DNA of 39,588 bases, taken from the sequence record SRR31156797_6670, one strand, 5' to 3'. A program made the translations under genes and the position numbers. Under the pieces are notes generated by a model. It was not told the origin of the DNA. It saw nothing but the letters and a program-made list of their open reading frames with translations, and did not search any database. Positions 1 through 10,184 of this stretch are shown here, piece after piece (position 1 is the first letter of the stretch; the number at the start of each line of letters is the position of its first letter).

Positions 1-1995
1 TTCGACATTCTTTTTTCCGAGGCCACCGAGGACGACCCACTATTCAACAAACAACTGGGACTTTCTCCACCGGTTATATTTGCTTCGGCAACCACCTTTG
101 AAAACACCCTTCTCACCCCTCCACCAGGACTGGACCAGGTCACAGGAACCGGACATATAGAAACAATATTTGCCAGCGACGGCATTGTCCGTGAAGTGGC
201 ATTCAATCACCGCTTAGGTCAACAATCATTTGCCATGGCCCTGCTTCATGCATCCAATCAGCATCCCCCAATACCCCTTCAGAAGGAGCCACTCCTCATT
301 AACTACTACGGCCCGGAAAGGACCTTTCTTTATCTCTCCTATCTTGATGTGCTTGAGGGACGCATCCCCCAGGAGTTTTTCAAGAACCGCTTTGTCCTTG
401 TCGGAGCTGAGGCCATTGGCCTTAATGATACATTCCTGACCCCTTTTTCACGCATCCAGGTTACTCCAGGGGTAGAAATCCAGGCAACCATTCTCGGCAA
501 TCTGCTGGAGCAGCGGTTCCTTCGCCCCCAGCCCCAACTCTCCTTTCTTCTTGTTGCCCTGCTGCTCATCGTTGGGGCAGCCACATGGCCGGTGGTCGGG
601 GAACGCTATAACATCGGCATTAACCTGGCCATGCTTGGAATAGCATTTGTTGTCGCTATGGTATGTTTTCGCCACTGCCTTTATATCGACATAGCACTCT
701 TTTTCACGGTGCTCTTTTTCACCTATCTCTTCCACCTGCTGCAACAAACACTCTGGGCTGCCAATGCAATTTATATCCAGATTCGCACCCTCAACAAGCG
801 GCTGGACAAGGGCCTGGAAAAAATATACGGATATATACCGCAAAAAAAACAGCAGCTTGAAAAACGAGGCATCCTCAACACCCTGGGGATTCATCAATAC
901 ATCAGACAACTGCAGCATGCTGCCAACGCCCTGGGCATGCAACACAACTTCCTCGATAATTTACTCAACAATGAACTGCCGCCTCTTGCGCTCTGGGACA
1001 CGGCCTCCGGCCAACTTATTTTCGCCAACATTCACTTTAAAAGCTTCTGGCAGCAACATATTTCAGGAAAACAGGTGGTTCCGGATTACACATCCTTTGC
1101 CAAACGCATCTTCCGTTCTCAGGTATCGAACACTGGTAAGACAGTTAATCCCCCCACTCTTGGGATGGATTCCCCCTTACATCTAGAAATACAAGTACTG
1201 GGTAGTTCGGGCAGACACTACTTCCAGGTCGACTTGCATCGCTTTTTAGCAGCAGAAACATCTTTCGTGGGCACGGTTGCCATTCTCCATGATGTTACCC
1301 AATTAAGAGAACTGGAAAGAGTCAAAGACGAAATAGTCTCCATTGTTTCCCATGAACTCAAACTCCCGTTGACGACCATTCTCGGATATGGAGAAATGCT
1401 TGCAGATACTCTGGACAACGAACAACAACAATATGCTGAAGCCATCTGCACTGAAGCCAAGCGCTTAAACCAGCTCATTGTCACATTTCTCGATATCAAT
1501 CGCATTGAGAGCGGCAAGCAGCAGTTGCAACTTTTCCCCTTCCCCCCGCTCACTATGATTGGCGATGCCATAACCAGCGTCACCCCGGCAGCTCAAAAAA
1601 AAGGCATTACCCTCGCCACTCAGCTTCCTCAAAAAACTTCCCCCATGCGTGGCGATGAACTCCTCTTGCTCCAGGCTGTCATCAACCTGCTCGACAATGC
1701 CATAAAATTCAGTCCCAAAAACACCACCGTGACTCTTGCCCTTCTAGAACAGGAACACCAGTTCGCCCTAAGTATTGAGGACCAAGGACCAGGTATCCCT
1801 GAAAAAATGCACCAAGCTATTTTTAAAAAGTTTCATAGGGGCACTGTCCCCACCAAACACGAAGGCTTCGGCCTGGGCCTTAACCTGGTTAAAGAAGTCA
1901 TCGACAGGCATAACGGAGAGGTAACAATCCTTGCTAAACAAAACAAAGGAACTATATTCACTCTGCTTGTACCCAAACAATTAACTAGTGAATAA
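1..1995 (+). CDS. CHASE2-domain sensor histidine kinase (5' truncated by window edge)
   Basis: The frame is open from base 1 (FDILFSE...GHIETIFASDGIVR, CHASE2-like), then LVG...D.FLTPF...PGVEIQA, three TM helices, H-box SHELKLPLTTILG, N-box INLLDNAIKFS, DQGPGIP and GFGLGL. The ORF-track start at 196 is internal. Confidence 0.9.
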   Translation, partial: FDILFSEATEDDPLFNKQLGLSPPVIFASATTFENTLLTPPPGLDQVTGTGHIETIFASDGIVREVAFNHRLGQQSFAMALLHASNQHPPIPLQKEPLLINYYGPERTFLYLSYLDVLEGRIPQEFFKNRFVLVGAEAIGLNDTFLTPFSRIQVTPGVEIQATILGNLLEQRFLRPQPQLSFLLVALLLIVGAATWPVVGERYNIGINLAMLGIAFVVAMVCFRHCLYIDIALFFTVLFFTYLFHLLQQTLWAANAIYIQIRTLNKRLDKGLEKIYGYIPQKKQQLEKRGILNTLGIHQYIRQLQHAANALGMQHNFLDNLLNNELPPLALWDTASGQLIFANIHFKSFWQQHISGKQVVPDYTSFAKRIFRSQVSNTGKTVNPPTLGMDSPLHLEIQVLGSSGRHYFQVDLHRFLAAETSFVGTVAILHDVTQLRELERVKDEIVSIVSHELKLPLTTILGYGEMLADTLDNEQQQYAEAICTEAKRLNQLIVTFLDINRIESGKQQLQLFPFPPLTMIGDAITSVTPAAQKKGITLATQLPQKTSPMRGDELLLLQAVINLLDNAIKFSPKNTTVTLALLEQEHQFALSIEDQGPGIPEKMHQAIFKKFHRGTVPTKHEGFGLGLNLVKEVIDRHNGEVTILAKQNKGTIFTLLVPKQLTSE

Positions 1996-2349
1996 CCAAA
2001 TACCCCTAAACTTTTACAGAGAGGAAATATACAGGCTGGAATGTTTACTGAAGGAGGTATCGCCTTTATCGCTCTGCTTGTTTGGGCGAATACTCCTGAT
2101 TCCACCACAGGGATGATTGCTCGCTGTTCGCCAAGCAGTCGAAAAAAGTGGAAGAGGACAGTTCGATTATGGGTATAGTTATGAACTGTTCACCCCTCGT
2201 TTCACTTTGCGGATTGCACTTCCTCAAGAAATAAAACAACGAGTGATGGCAGGACAACAGGCCTTCCTCTCTGTGCACGGTAACAGGATCAGCCTGGCAC
2301 GGCACCTCTTGCAGAAAATTCATGACTGGCAAAAAACAAATGTAATCTC

Positions 2350-4827
2350 ATGCGTAAATTCTTCCTTTATTTTCTTTTTTGTACGTTGCTTGTCGCTTTG
2401 GTCATAGTGTTTCGTATTCCGCTGCTGGAATGGAGTGTTCACAGGTATCTCTCTTATAAAAATTTCCAAAATATTTCCCTTGAACTGCGGTCCTGCTCAT
2501 TGGACCGCCTTGAGATCGAAACGTTTTCAGCCGATTTTATAAATAATCAGCAAAAATATGCCGTATCAATCTCGCAGGTATCCCTTCAATATACTCTTGC
2601 CGAATTATACGCTAAAAAAATTGATCAGCTTTCTATCGAACAAGCTGCGATCACACTCCCGGTGGCTTCGCCTCCCCCGAAAAAGAAGCCGGGCTTTGAT
2701 CCAGCAACAATCAAAGATGCTATTAAGGTCTTTCAGGCTATCAATATACCGGTACAAAAAATTACCATTCACCAGTTTTTTTTTCACGGGACGAATAATG
2801 CACTGTTAAACAACACTCCCATTGCACTCCAGTTAAACACGACAAATACGGAGCTACATGCCAATTTCCTTGCCCATCTCACCGACCGAGGTGACATCTC
2901 AGGTACCCTCCAGAGGAGACAGGATAAAGTCATCAACGCCGTGGTCCGCCACACCAAAGGAAAACATACCCCACAGACACTGCAGCTTACAGCAGATACA
3001 ACCCAGATAGAGGCTCAAGCTACATTCTCCATCGAGGAAATATCGCAATTATTGCCTATTGCTCGCCTACAGGGGCAGACAGGTAAGGTAAAGACAGCCT
3101 TTTCGCTCCAATTAAAAAAAACATTGCATCTCCAATTGCAAATGCAGGCGGAAAAAATACAGCTCCCCCGGTGCTCAGCCAGAGAGCTGACCCTTACCCT
3201 TCAGGCAGCGCTTGATACTGGAGGAAGATTAGCACTCAGCAATGCTTCCCGGCTACAGGTAACGCTGCCTAAAATCGGCAAAATTCAGGCACAGCAGCTT
3301 GATCTTCATATCGACAGCACCTTGACCCCTACTGCTGAAGGAGTAAAGGTGAACTTCTCCTCACCCCAACCATGGCTTGCTGAAAAACTGAAAATCGGGG
3401 AGACAAATATTAATAGCCTCAGTATCCCCCCATTAAGAAAACTGTTTATCACAAAAAACACTACAAGCCTCTCTCCGCAAATTGCGCCGTTAACGTTCCA
3501 AGAGATGACTGTTGCCGGGTGGCATACCCCGAAGCTCACTCTCACTCCAGGGTCAAAAGTACCAATCACCTTGCAAACAGATTCAACCACAAAAACAATC
3601 ACCTCTCCCCCATGGGTAACGACTGCCTTCACTATAAAAAAAGGTAACCAGCAACTAACCAGTGAATCGGTGCATGCAACCCTGCACAAGGCGGCCATAA
3701 GCGATACACTGAATGCATCCGTCTCCCTATTGACACCTGCGCTGCTCATATCCGCAGGCAATGTTACCCTGCCGGTAAAGGAAATTACCGGGAATCTGGT
3801 AGTTAAGGAGCAGCATCTAACCGCTGCATTGCACATGATGCCGAGCCTTAATCCCGGTAAAATTAAAATGACGGTAAATCATGGGCTGAAATTAGGTCAG
3901 GGAAGGGCCCAGGTGACAACGGAGAAGCCCATTCTTTTCTCGCACTCAAACGGTATTAATGAGCTTGTAAAAGGAATACCACCAATCCCACTCATAGTGA
4001 CCTCCGGCCAATTCAATGCCACAGTGGAAGCATCCTGGTGGAAAAATCACCCGCTCAAGGCCAATGCATCGGTAGAGGTTAAAGACGGTAACGGCCTTGC
4101 AAAAAACATACCGTTTTCCGGCCTGCAGCTGAATCAAACTCTGGACCTGCTTCCTGAACTGCGCTCACGCAAACCAGGAAAATTGAAGGTAGCACAGATT
4201 GACGGTGCCATTCCAGTCAGGAGCCTGCAGGGAGTTTTCAATATCTCTGCTTCAAACAAGGGAAAGCGACCTCGCGTTGCCATCCAGAAGTTGAGTGCTG
4301 ACATTATGCAGGGTACAATTAAAGCAGACCCTCTTGTTTACGTGGCCGGCAGGGAAGAACAAAGTGTGACCATTCGGGCTGAAGGGATCGACCTTTCTGA
4401 AGTTACAGCGCTGTTTAAAGTTAAAGGACTGGAAGTTGATGGAAAAATAAACGGTCACCTTCCACTCATGATTAATAAAAAGAAAGTAACCATTGATAAC
4501 GGTGAAATATTTGGCAGCAAACAGGGAGGTACCATTCGTTTTCGCCAGCAAGGTATACCAACACAGCAGTCCCAGTTGACCGCCTACGCACTCAAAGCAT
4601 TGGAGGAGTTTCACTTCACCTTACTCAGGGCACCGGTCAGGTATTTGCCGGATGGCACCCTGCTGGTTGACATTCAGCTCCAGGGAGTAAGTCCGCCCCT
4701 CTCGACCACAAGGCCTGTGCATCTCAATATTCATACCGAACAGAATCTGCTTTCTCTTCTCAAGAGCCTTCGCTATAGTAACGCCTTAACCAGAGATTTG
4801 GACAAACAACTGCAAAAACAATTGTAA
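2350..4827 (+). CDS. ydbH: YdbH-family (AsmA-like) intermembrane lipid-transport protein
   Basis: 825 aa with an N-terminal TM helix and a beta-rich body. The C-terminal G.I.G.LPL...GG.IRF...ALEEFHF...RPVHLNI..EQNLLSLLKSLR matches the YdbH domain. It is directly followed by ynbE and ydbL. Confidence 0.85.
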   Translation: MRKFFLYFLFCTLLVALVIVFRIPLLEWSVHRYLSYKNFQNISLELRSCSLDRLEIETFSADFINNQQKYAVSISQVSLQYTLAELYAKKIDQLSIEQAAITLPVASPPPKKKPGFDPATIKDAIKVFQAINIPVQKITIHQFFFHGTNNALLNNTPIALQLNTTNTELHANFLAHLTDRGDISGTLQRRQDKVINAVVRHTKGKHTPQTLQLTADTTQIEAQATFSIEEISQLLPIARLQGQTGKVKTAFSLQLKKTLHLQLQMQAEKIQLPRCSARELTLTLQAALDTGGRLALSNASRLQVTLPKIGKIQAQQLDLHIDSTLTPTAEGVKVNFSSPQPWLAEKLKIGETNINSLSIPPLRKLFITKNTTSLSPQIAPLTFQEMTVAGWHTPKLTLTPGSKVPITLQTDSTTKTITSPPWVTTAFTIKKGNQQLTSESVHATLHKAAISDTLNASVSLLTPALLISAGNVTLPVKEITGNLVVKEQHLTAALHMMPSLNPGKIKMTVNHGLKLGQGRAQVTTEKPILFSHSNGINELVKGIPPIPLIVTSGQFNATVEASWWKNHPLKANASVEVKDGNGLAKNIPFSGLQLNQTLDLLPELRSRKPGKLKVAQIDGAIPVRSLQGVFNISASNKGKRPRVAIQKLSADIMQGTIKADPLVYVAGREEQSVTIRAEGIDLSEVTALFKVKGLEVDGKINGHLPLMINKKKVTIDNGEIFGSKQGGTIRFRQQGIPTQQSQLTAYALKALEEFHFTLLRAPVRYLPDGTLLVDIQLQGVSPPLSTTRPVHLNIHTEQNLLSLLKSLRYSNALTRDLDKQLQKQL

Positions 4828-4863
4828 GCTTCTGGAAAAAACCTTGTCCTAAAGGAACCCAAC

Positions 4864-5052
4864 ATGTTGAAATTGCTGATCAGCACTATAATCCTTACCG
4901 CCTTTCTGATGGGATGTACGCCTACAGTCCAGGTTGCTCCCCCGGAAAAGCCTATTACCATTAATCTTAACGTCAAAATTGAACATGAAATTCAAGTCAA
5001 AATAGACAAAGAGCTTGATGATGTCATCAGTCAAGACAGTGGATTATTCTAA
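4864..5052 (+). CDS. ynbE: YnbE-family lipoprotein
   Basis: Lipobox LMGC followed by TPTVQVAPPEKPITINLNVKIEHEI...SGLF; synteny with ydbH. Confidence 0.92.
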   Translation: MLKLLISTIILTAFLMGCTPTVQVAPPEKPITINLNVKIEHEIQVKIDKELDDVISQDSGLF

Positions 5053-5067
5053 TAGGAGAAAAAACCA

Positions 5068-5391
5068 ATGAAAAAAATCATATCGCTTATTCTTATCACA
5101 GTCTTTGTTGTATGCAGCAGCGCTCTGGCTCTGGATCTGCAAACCGCCAAATCCCAGGGACTGGTCGGCGAAACGCCTACTGGTTATTTAGCACCTGTCA
5201 AAGGTGGCAATGCAGAAGCGGCAAAGCTGGTGCAATCAATCAATAGTAAACGTAAAGCGCATTACCAAAAAATTGCCACTCGAAACAAAACATCCCTGCA
5301 AAGCGTTGAGCAACTTGCAGGCAAGAAAGCCATTGAAAAATCACCTGCTGGCAATTTTGTGCAGATTAACGGTCAGTGGAAAAAGAAATAA
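5068..5391 (+). CDS. ydbL: YdbL-family (DUF1318) periplasmic protein
   Basis: Signal peptide, AKSQGLVGETPTGYL...INSKRKAHYQKIA...GQWKKK; AGGAG RBS; third gene of the ydbH-ynbE-ydbL operon. Confidence 0.9.
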   Translation: MKKIISLILITVFVVCSSALALDLQTAKSQGLVGETPTGYLAPVKGGNAEAAKLVQSINSKRKAHYQKIATRNKTSLQSVEQLAGKKAIEKSPAGNFVQINGQWKKK

Positions 5392-5424
5392 AACTGCGGA
5401 TAAAGTAACGCTCAGGGAGCGTGG

Positions 5425-7122
5425 CTACATTTTGCCGTGGCGAATAATGGACAGCAGCAACCAGAACCCCATTATTCCGGCCACGACAAAGCCGACCAGG
5501 CCGATGATGGGAATACCATGCCAATGGGGTGGAATACCTGAAAGGACAATTAGGGAACTGCCGATTATAAGGGAGGCAAGCACAATGGCAAAGGCCACCC
5601 TATTAGAGACTCGGTCAAGAGCGACCCCAAGTGCCTGCACGCCCCTATGCTTGAACTCCATCTTCATTCTGCCGCTTCGCAATTGACGTGAAATAGCCAG
5701 CATCTCTTCCGGCATTTCTCGAAAAAAATGAAGATAGGAAGCGGCAGTGTGACTCATTTCGGTCATAACCCGGTCAGGCTGCATCCGACCATACTGTATT
5801 TTACGCATGAACGGCTTGGCAAGGTTGATGAGTTGTAAATTCGGGTCAAGCACCAGTCCGACCCCTTCCACAGTGGCCAACGCCTTCATCATCAGGTAGA
5901 GGCCGGGCTTGATGGTCAGCTTATGCCTTGAAACCAGGTTCAGGATATCCTGCAGTATTTTGGCTGCCTCCAGCTCCCCCAGCGGTTTGTAAAGATACAT
6001 ATCCATCATATCGCCGAGATCACCGGCCAAAAGTGCCTGATCTATTTCACCGTGCTGCAGAGTGACACGCAAAAGCCCTCGGGTCACCTTACGCTCATCG
6101 CCGGCAACCAGGCTCAGTACCAGGTCGGTAAAATCTTCCCTGTCCTTAAGTGACAGACGTCCCATTTGTCCGAAATCTATGAAGCAAACCACATTATTGG
6201 GAAGGATGAAAATATTTCCAGGATGCGGATCGGCATGAAAAAACCCATGGACAAAAATCTGTTCCATGACCAGAACAGCACCATGCTCGGCGAGCAGAGG
6301 CAAGTCTGCACCATTGGTCGTCAGTTTTCCGATATCAGAACACTTGATCCCGTCAATAAACTCCATAACCAACAACCGCTCGCTGCTTAACTGTGGATAG
6401 ACAAGGGGAACATGGACCGTTTTATTGTTCTCAAATTGAAGCCTGAAGCGCTGAATATTGGTTAGCTCTATGGAAAAATCAATCTCCCGACTCAGGCTCC
6501 GCGCAAATTCATGGACAATTGCTGATGGCCGATGCCCCTGGACCTCTTCAAGATACTGCTCCATCAGTTCCGCTATATGGGCCAAAATCTCCAGATCAAC
6601 GGCTATAGTGTTCTCGATTTGCGGTCGCTGTACCTTGACCACCACCTCTTCACCACCTTCAAGCACAGCACGGTGAACCTGACCGATGGAGGCCGCAGCA
6701 AGGGGTGTGGAATCAAAATAACGGTAGATCTTATCAGGACCTTTCCCCATCTCCTCCTCAAAAATGGTGCATACTTCATCATAGGAAAAAGGTGGAATCT
6801 TATCCTGAAGTTTGGCCAATTCATCCAGGTAATCAGTAGGAATAAAATCTGGTCGGGTGGAGAGGAGCTGTCCGAGCTTGATAAAGGTCGGACCAAGCTC
6901 TTCAAATACAAGACGAAGCCTTTCTGGACGTGACAGCCTGGCAATTTGTTCGCGGGGTTTGCGGTTAATCATCCGCAAACCGGATTCAAGATACTGGTCG
7001 ATATGCAGTCGGTCGACCAGGTCATCAAAGCCGTATTTAAACAAAACACGCAGGATGCGGTGATAGCGGTTCAAATGCCTGTAGGTTCTACCAATGGCAC
7101 CAAGTTTGCGAATACTAAACAT
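5425..7122 (-). CDS. AarF/ABC1/UbiB-family atypical kinase
   Basis: ELGPTFIKLGQLLSTRPD, AAASIGQVHRA, VVVKVQRP, GFFHADPHPGN, DFG motifs; two C-terminal TM helices. Confidence 0.93.
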   Translation of the reverse strand: MFSIRKLGAIGRTYRHLNRYHRILRVLFKYGFDDLVDRLHIDQYLESGLRMINRKPREQIARLSRPERLRLVFEELGPTFIKLGQLLSTRPDFIPTDYLDELAKLQDKIPPFSYDEVCTIFEEEMGKGPDKIYRYFDSTPLAAASIGQVHRAVLEGGEEVVVKVQRPQIENTIAVDLEILAHIAELMEQYLEEVQGHRPSAIVHEFARSLSREIDFSIELTNIQRFRLQFENNKTVHVPLVYPQLSSERLLVMEFIDGIKCSDIGKLTTNGADLPLLAEHGAVLVMEQIFVHGFFHADPHPGNIFILPNNVVCFIDFGQMGRLSLKDREDFTDLVLSLVAGDERKVTRGLLRVTLQHGEIDQALLAGDLGDMMDMYLYKPLGELEAAKILQDILNLVSRHKLTIKPGLYLMMKALATVEGVGLVLDPNLQLINLAKPFMRKIQYGRMQPDRVMTEMSHTAASYLHFFREMPEEMLAISRQLRSGRMKMEFKHRGVQALGVALDRVSNRVAFAIVLASLIIGSSLIVLSGIPPHWHGIPIIGLVGFVVAGIMGFWLLLSIIRHGKM

Positions 7123-7133
7123 TCCTGGCGATC

Positions 7134-7445
7134 CTACTCGCTGTTATCTTTTATATTCAGGGCCACTTGAAGCTCTTCGATTTGTCTTCGCAGTTCATTG
7201 ACTTCATCGACAGTGGTCAGATTCAACTGCTTTACTTTTTCCTCTACCCGCATGTTTATCCAAAGGTTGAGTTGCTCCTTCGCCTTCTCGGATTTATTCA
7301 CCAGGTCATCGACAAATTGTTTTCCCTCGTCCTGGGACATTTTGCCTTTCTCAATGAATTCAGCCTGGAGCTCCTCTATTTTTTCCTTGGTCAAAAAGGC
7401 GGCACCCAATCCGGTATACACAATATTCTTCATCATTTCTTTCAT
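7134..7445 (-). CDS. Phasin-like coiled-coil protein (103 aa)
   Basis: MKEMMKNIVYTGLGAAFLTKEKIEEL...KGKMSQDEGKQFVDDL pattern. Start moved to ATG at 7445 because GGAGG lies at 7451-7455. It ends 11 bp before the UbiB-family gene. Confidence 0.78.
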   Translation of the reverse strand: MKEMMKNIVYTGLGAAFLTKEKIEELQAEFIEKGKMSQDEGKQFVDDLVNKSEKAKEQLNLWINMRVEEKVKQLNLTTVDEVNELRRQIEELQVALNIKDNSE

Positions 7446-7495
7446 TTGATCCTCCACCTTTACATGTAATGAGTTGGTTCGCGTCCTTCGCAAAT

Positions 7496-7864
7496 TTATG
7501 ATTTTTCGATATCCTTATGATAGACTTCAAGCACAAAACCGGACTGGTCTAAGAACCTGCGGAGATGCTCAGTGACAGCAACACTGCGATGTCTGCCCCC
7601 TGTACACCCAATGGCCAGAGTAAAGCACTCTCTTTCCTTTTTCTGATGCTCTTCGAGCAAAAACTGAAGAAAAGGCTCCAGCCTGCTTAAAAAACCATGT
7701 CCTTTCTCGTTATTAAGAACGTGTAGAGCTACTTCCGGGTCGCAACCGCTCCCTGCCTTTAATTCCGGCACCCAGTATGGATTGGGAAGAAAACGGACAT
7801 CCAGGACAACATCAGCCTCGGGATAGCCGTGTTTATACCCAAACGAGTGCAGAACAATATCCAA
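7496..7864 (-). CDS. Standalone RapZ/YvcJ C-terminal domain protein (122 aa)
   Basis: SFGYKHG, DVRFLPNPYWVPEL and AIGCTGGRHRSV motifs; TTG start with a GGAGG RBS at 7871-7875; no N-terminal P-loop domain. Confidence 0.87.
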   Translation of the reverse strand: MDIVLHSFGYKHGYPEADVVLDVRFLPNPYWVPELKAGSGCDPEVALHVLNNEKGHGFLSRLEPFLQFLLEEHQKKERECFTLAIGCTGGRHRSVAVTEHLRRFLDQSGFVLEVYHKDIEKS

Positions 7865-7995
7865 TGGTCACCTCCATAAGCCTGAAAAACATACGTTTCT
7901 TTGTTGTAGTATTATACACGCTCAACTCTAAAACAACAGATATAAAGAGATTCTTCATGCATCGGAACTTTCCTTTATCACGGCATAAAACAAAT

Positions 7996-8026
7996 AAAAA
8001 AGGGAACAGCAAAGACTGTCCCCTTT
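7996..8026 (-). terminator. Rho-independent terminator after the CLC gene
   Basis: Minus strand AAAGGGGACAG-TCTTTG-CTGTTCCCTTT (one G-U pair) running into a T-tract, 26 bp after the CLC stop. Confidence 0.75.
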
Positions 8027-8052
8027 AATCAACTACATGACAGGTACCAAGC

Positions 8053-9834
8053 TTACGTGGATGAGCACAGCATCCGAATCGACTCCGCCTTTTCACTTAT
8101 CCCTCGATTCAGCATCTCATGATTGTAGGCGGCAATCACCTCCTGCCGTTTAAGCATCCCAAGTACCCATGGTTCTTCCAGCCGTTCCACCACAGGAATT
8201 TCATCAATGCCCTTTACGTCAAAGAGCTGCATCGCATCGTACAAATTATCATCAGGAGTCAACATGATTACATCTCGGGTGCAGATAGCACCGACTAAAT
8301 AACAAACCCTCTGCTCTGCATCGTGGAGGATGGTTTTTACATCCTGCATGGATACAACGCCAACCATGAGTCCTTTGTGATTCACTACCGGGAAATAAAA
8401 ACTGTCCTGGGCAAAGCGAAATAATTCAAGCAAATGGTTAATATTTGCATTTTCACTTATAAAATCAACATCTTCAGTGATAGCTTTCCCAACACGGATA
8501 GATTTCATGATCGCCACTTCCCTGCCCTCGTGGATATCTATACCCTGCCTGGTAAAATCAACCGTATCAATGGAATCATTATAAAAACGGGTGGCAATCA
8601 TGGTCCCTAAAACAGCAGTCAACATAACGGGGACAATGACCATGTGATTACCGGTCATCTCAAAAAGAAGAAAGATGGCTGTCAGAGGTGCGTGGGTAGA
8701 AGCAGCCAAAAAGGCACCGATACCTACAGTCGCATAAGAACCTGACGATGCAGTGTACTCTGGGAAAAAAGAATGAACCACCCCGCCAAAAGCTCCACCT
8801 AAAACAGCACCAATAAAAAGCGCAGGAGCAAAAACCCCTCCTGCTCCGCCGGAACCAAGTGTTATGGCTGTGGCAATAGATTTTAGAAAAACAAGGGATA
8901 GCATTACCCATATGATACCGTTACCAGCCAGGGTGTTTTCGATATATTCATACCCATCACCCATGACCTGAGGAAACAAAATCCCAATACAGCCAATCAT
9001 AAAGGCCCCTAGTATCGGCTTGAGTTGAGGGTGGAGCGAAATCGCCTGAAACTTATCACGTACATAATAAAAAAAGCGTATATGCAACACAGCTAACAAC
9101 CCGACAACCACGGCCATAATCGTGTAGAGCGGAATCTCAACAAAATAGTTAACTATTTGAAAATCTGGAATGGGAAAGGCTGGAATTTCTCCGTAGTAAG
9201 CACGGGAGACAACTGTTGCTAAGGCAGAGGCAATGACCAGAGCAGCAAACGAGGAAATCTCGTAGGTACCCAGCAAGACAATTTCTGCGGCAAAAAAAAT
9301 ACCTGCCAGCGGCGCATTAAATATACCTGCAATCCCACCGGCAGAACCGGCAGCAATGAAAACCTTCATTCTCTTACCGGAAACTCTGAATCGCTGTCCG
9401 AATTGTGAGCCGACGGCACCACCTATCTGTGCAATAGGACCCTCAACGCCGGCAGAGTTTCCAGATCCAATGGTTAGTGCCGTTGCCGCAATCTTAATAA
9501 AAATATTGCGGGCCCTGATAACACCATTTTCTAGATTCACCTTACGAAGAAAGGCTGTCAACCCATACCCGTTAACCTTGCCGGGAAAGGCAAGCGAAAG
9601 CGGGATCAGTGCGGCAGCTCCAACCATGGGCAAAATGGGTAACAAAAAATTTCGCCACCCACCTTCGTCAATGCGCAGTAATTCATAGCCCCACACAAAA
9701 ACAACTTCATGGACAAAATCAACCGATTCACGAAAGGCAATAATTGCAAGCCCAGACATGACACCAATGAATGCAGCAATAGTAATTATACGTGTTTGCT
9801 CACCAGGCAGAAACAGCTTTAACTTACTTCGCAT
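8053..9834 (-). CDS. CLC-family chloride channel/transporter with C-terminal CBS pair
   Basis: GSGNSAGVEGP, AGSAGGIAGIFNAPLAG, GGAGGVFAPALFIGA, HAPLTAIFLLFEMTG; many TM segments; two CBS repeats. Confidence 0.93.
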   Translation of the reverse strand: MRSKLKLFLPGEQTRIITIAAFIGVMSGLAIIAFRESVDFVHEVVFVWGYELLRIDEGGWRNFLLPILPMVGAAALIPLSLAFPGKVNGYGLTAFLRKVNLENGVIRARNIFIKIAATALTIGSGNSAGVEGPIAQIGGAVGSQFGQRFRVSGKRMKVFIAAGSAGGIAGIFNAPLAGIFFAAEIVLLGTYEISSFAALVIASALATVVSRAYYGEIPAFPIPDFQIVNYFVEIPLYTIMAVVVGLLAVLHIRFFYYVRDKFQAISLHPQLKPILGAFMIGCIGILFPQVMGDGYEYIENTLAGNGIIWVMLSLVFLKSIATAITLGSGGAGGVFAPALFIGAVLGGAFGGVVHSFFPEYTASSGSYATVGIGAFLAASTHAPLTAIFLLFEMTGNHMVIVPVMLTAVLGTMIATRFYNDSIDTVDFTRQGIDIHEGREVAIMKSIRVGKAITEDVDFISENANINHLLELFRFAQDSFYFPVVNHKGLMVGVVSMQDVKTILHDAEQRVCYLVGAICTRDVIMLTPDDNLYDAMQLFDVKGIDEIPVVERLEEPWVLGMLKRQEVIAAYNHEMLNRGISEKAESIRMLCSST

Positions 9835-10184
9835 ACATACTCCGACATAATGCCACTTATTTTCACGGCTTAATATTATTCCAACAAATTAGGATACAAA
9901 AAATGCCCTTACCCAGACGATATTTTAAGGGAACCATAAAAGACAACACACATGACTTGTCCCTCCGCCTGCTAACAAAAGTCGGCAGGTATACCAAAAA
10001 GTTTTGCTGTTTGAAACGCTTTTTTACGTGGGATTGCAGATTTAGATTGGTGGAATAAAATCAAAAGAGACAGGAATTTTTAAAGCAGCATCACTAAGGT
10101 GATGTTTACAGATTCATTATCAATGACTATAAAACAGAAATTGACCCATTTGATACTGTATCTCACTATTTCACAGGTCTGAAT

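Noticed and set aside
2294-2314. TGGCACGGCACCTCTTGCA as a sigma54 promoter for ydbH
   Set aside because: Neither GG is 10 nt from the GC, so the strict -24/-12 spacing fails.
1996-2407. ORFs 2117..2407 (+) and 2066..2332 (-), and an AAGGAGG at about 2051
   Set aside because: No recognisable motifs, the + ORF overlaps the ydbH start, and the SD-like sequence has no suitably spaced start codon.
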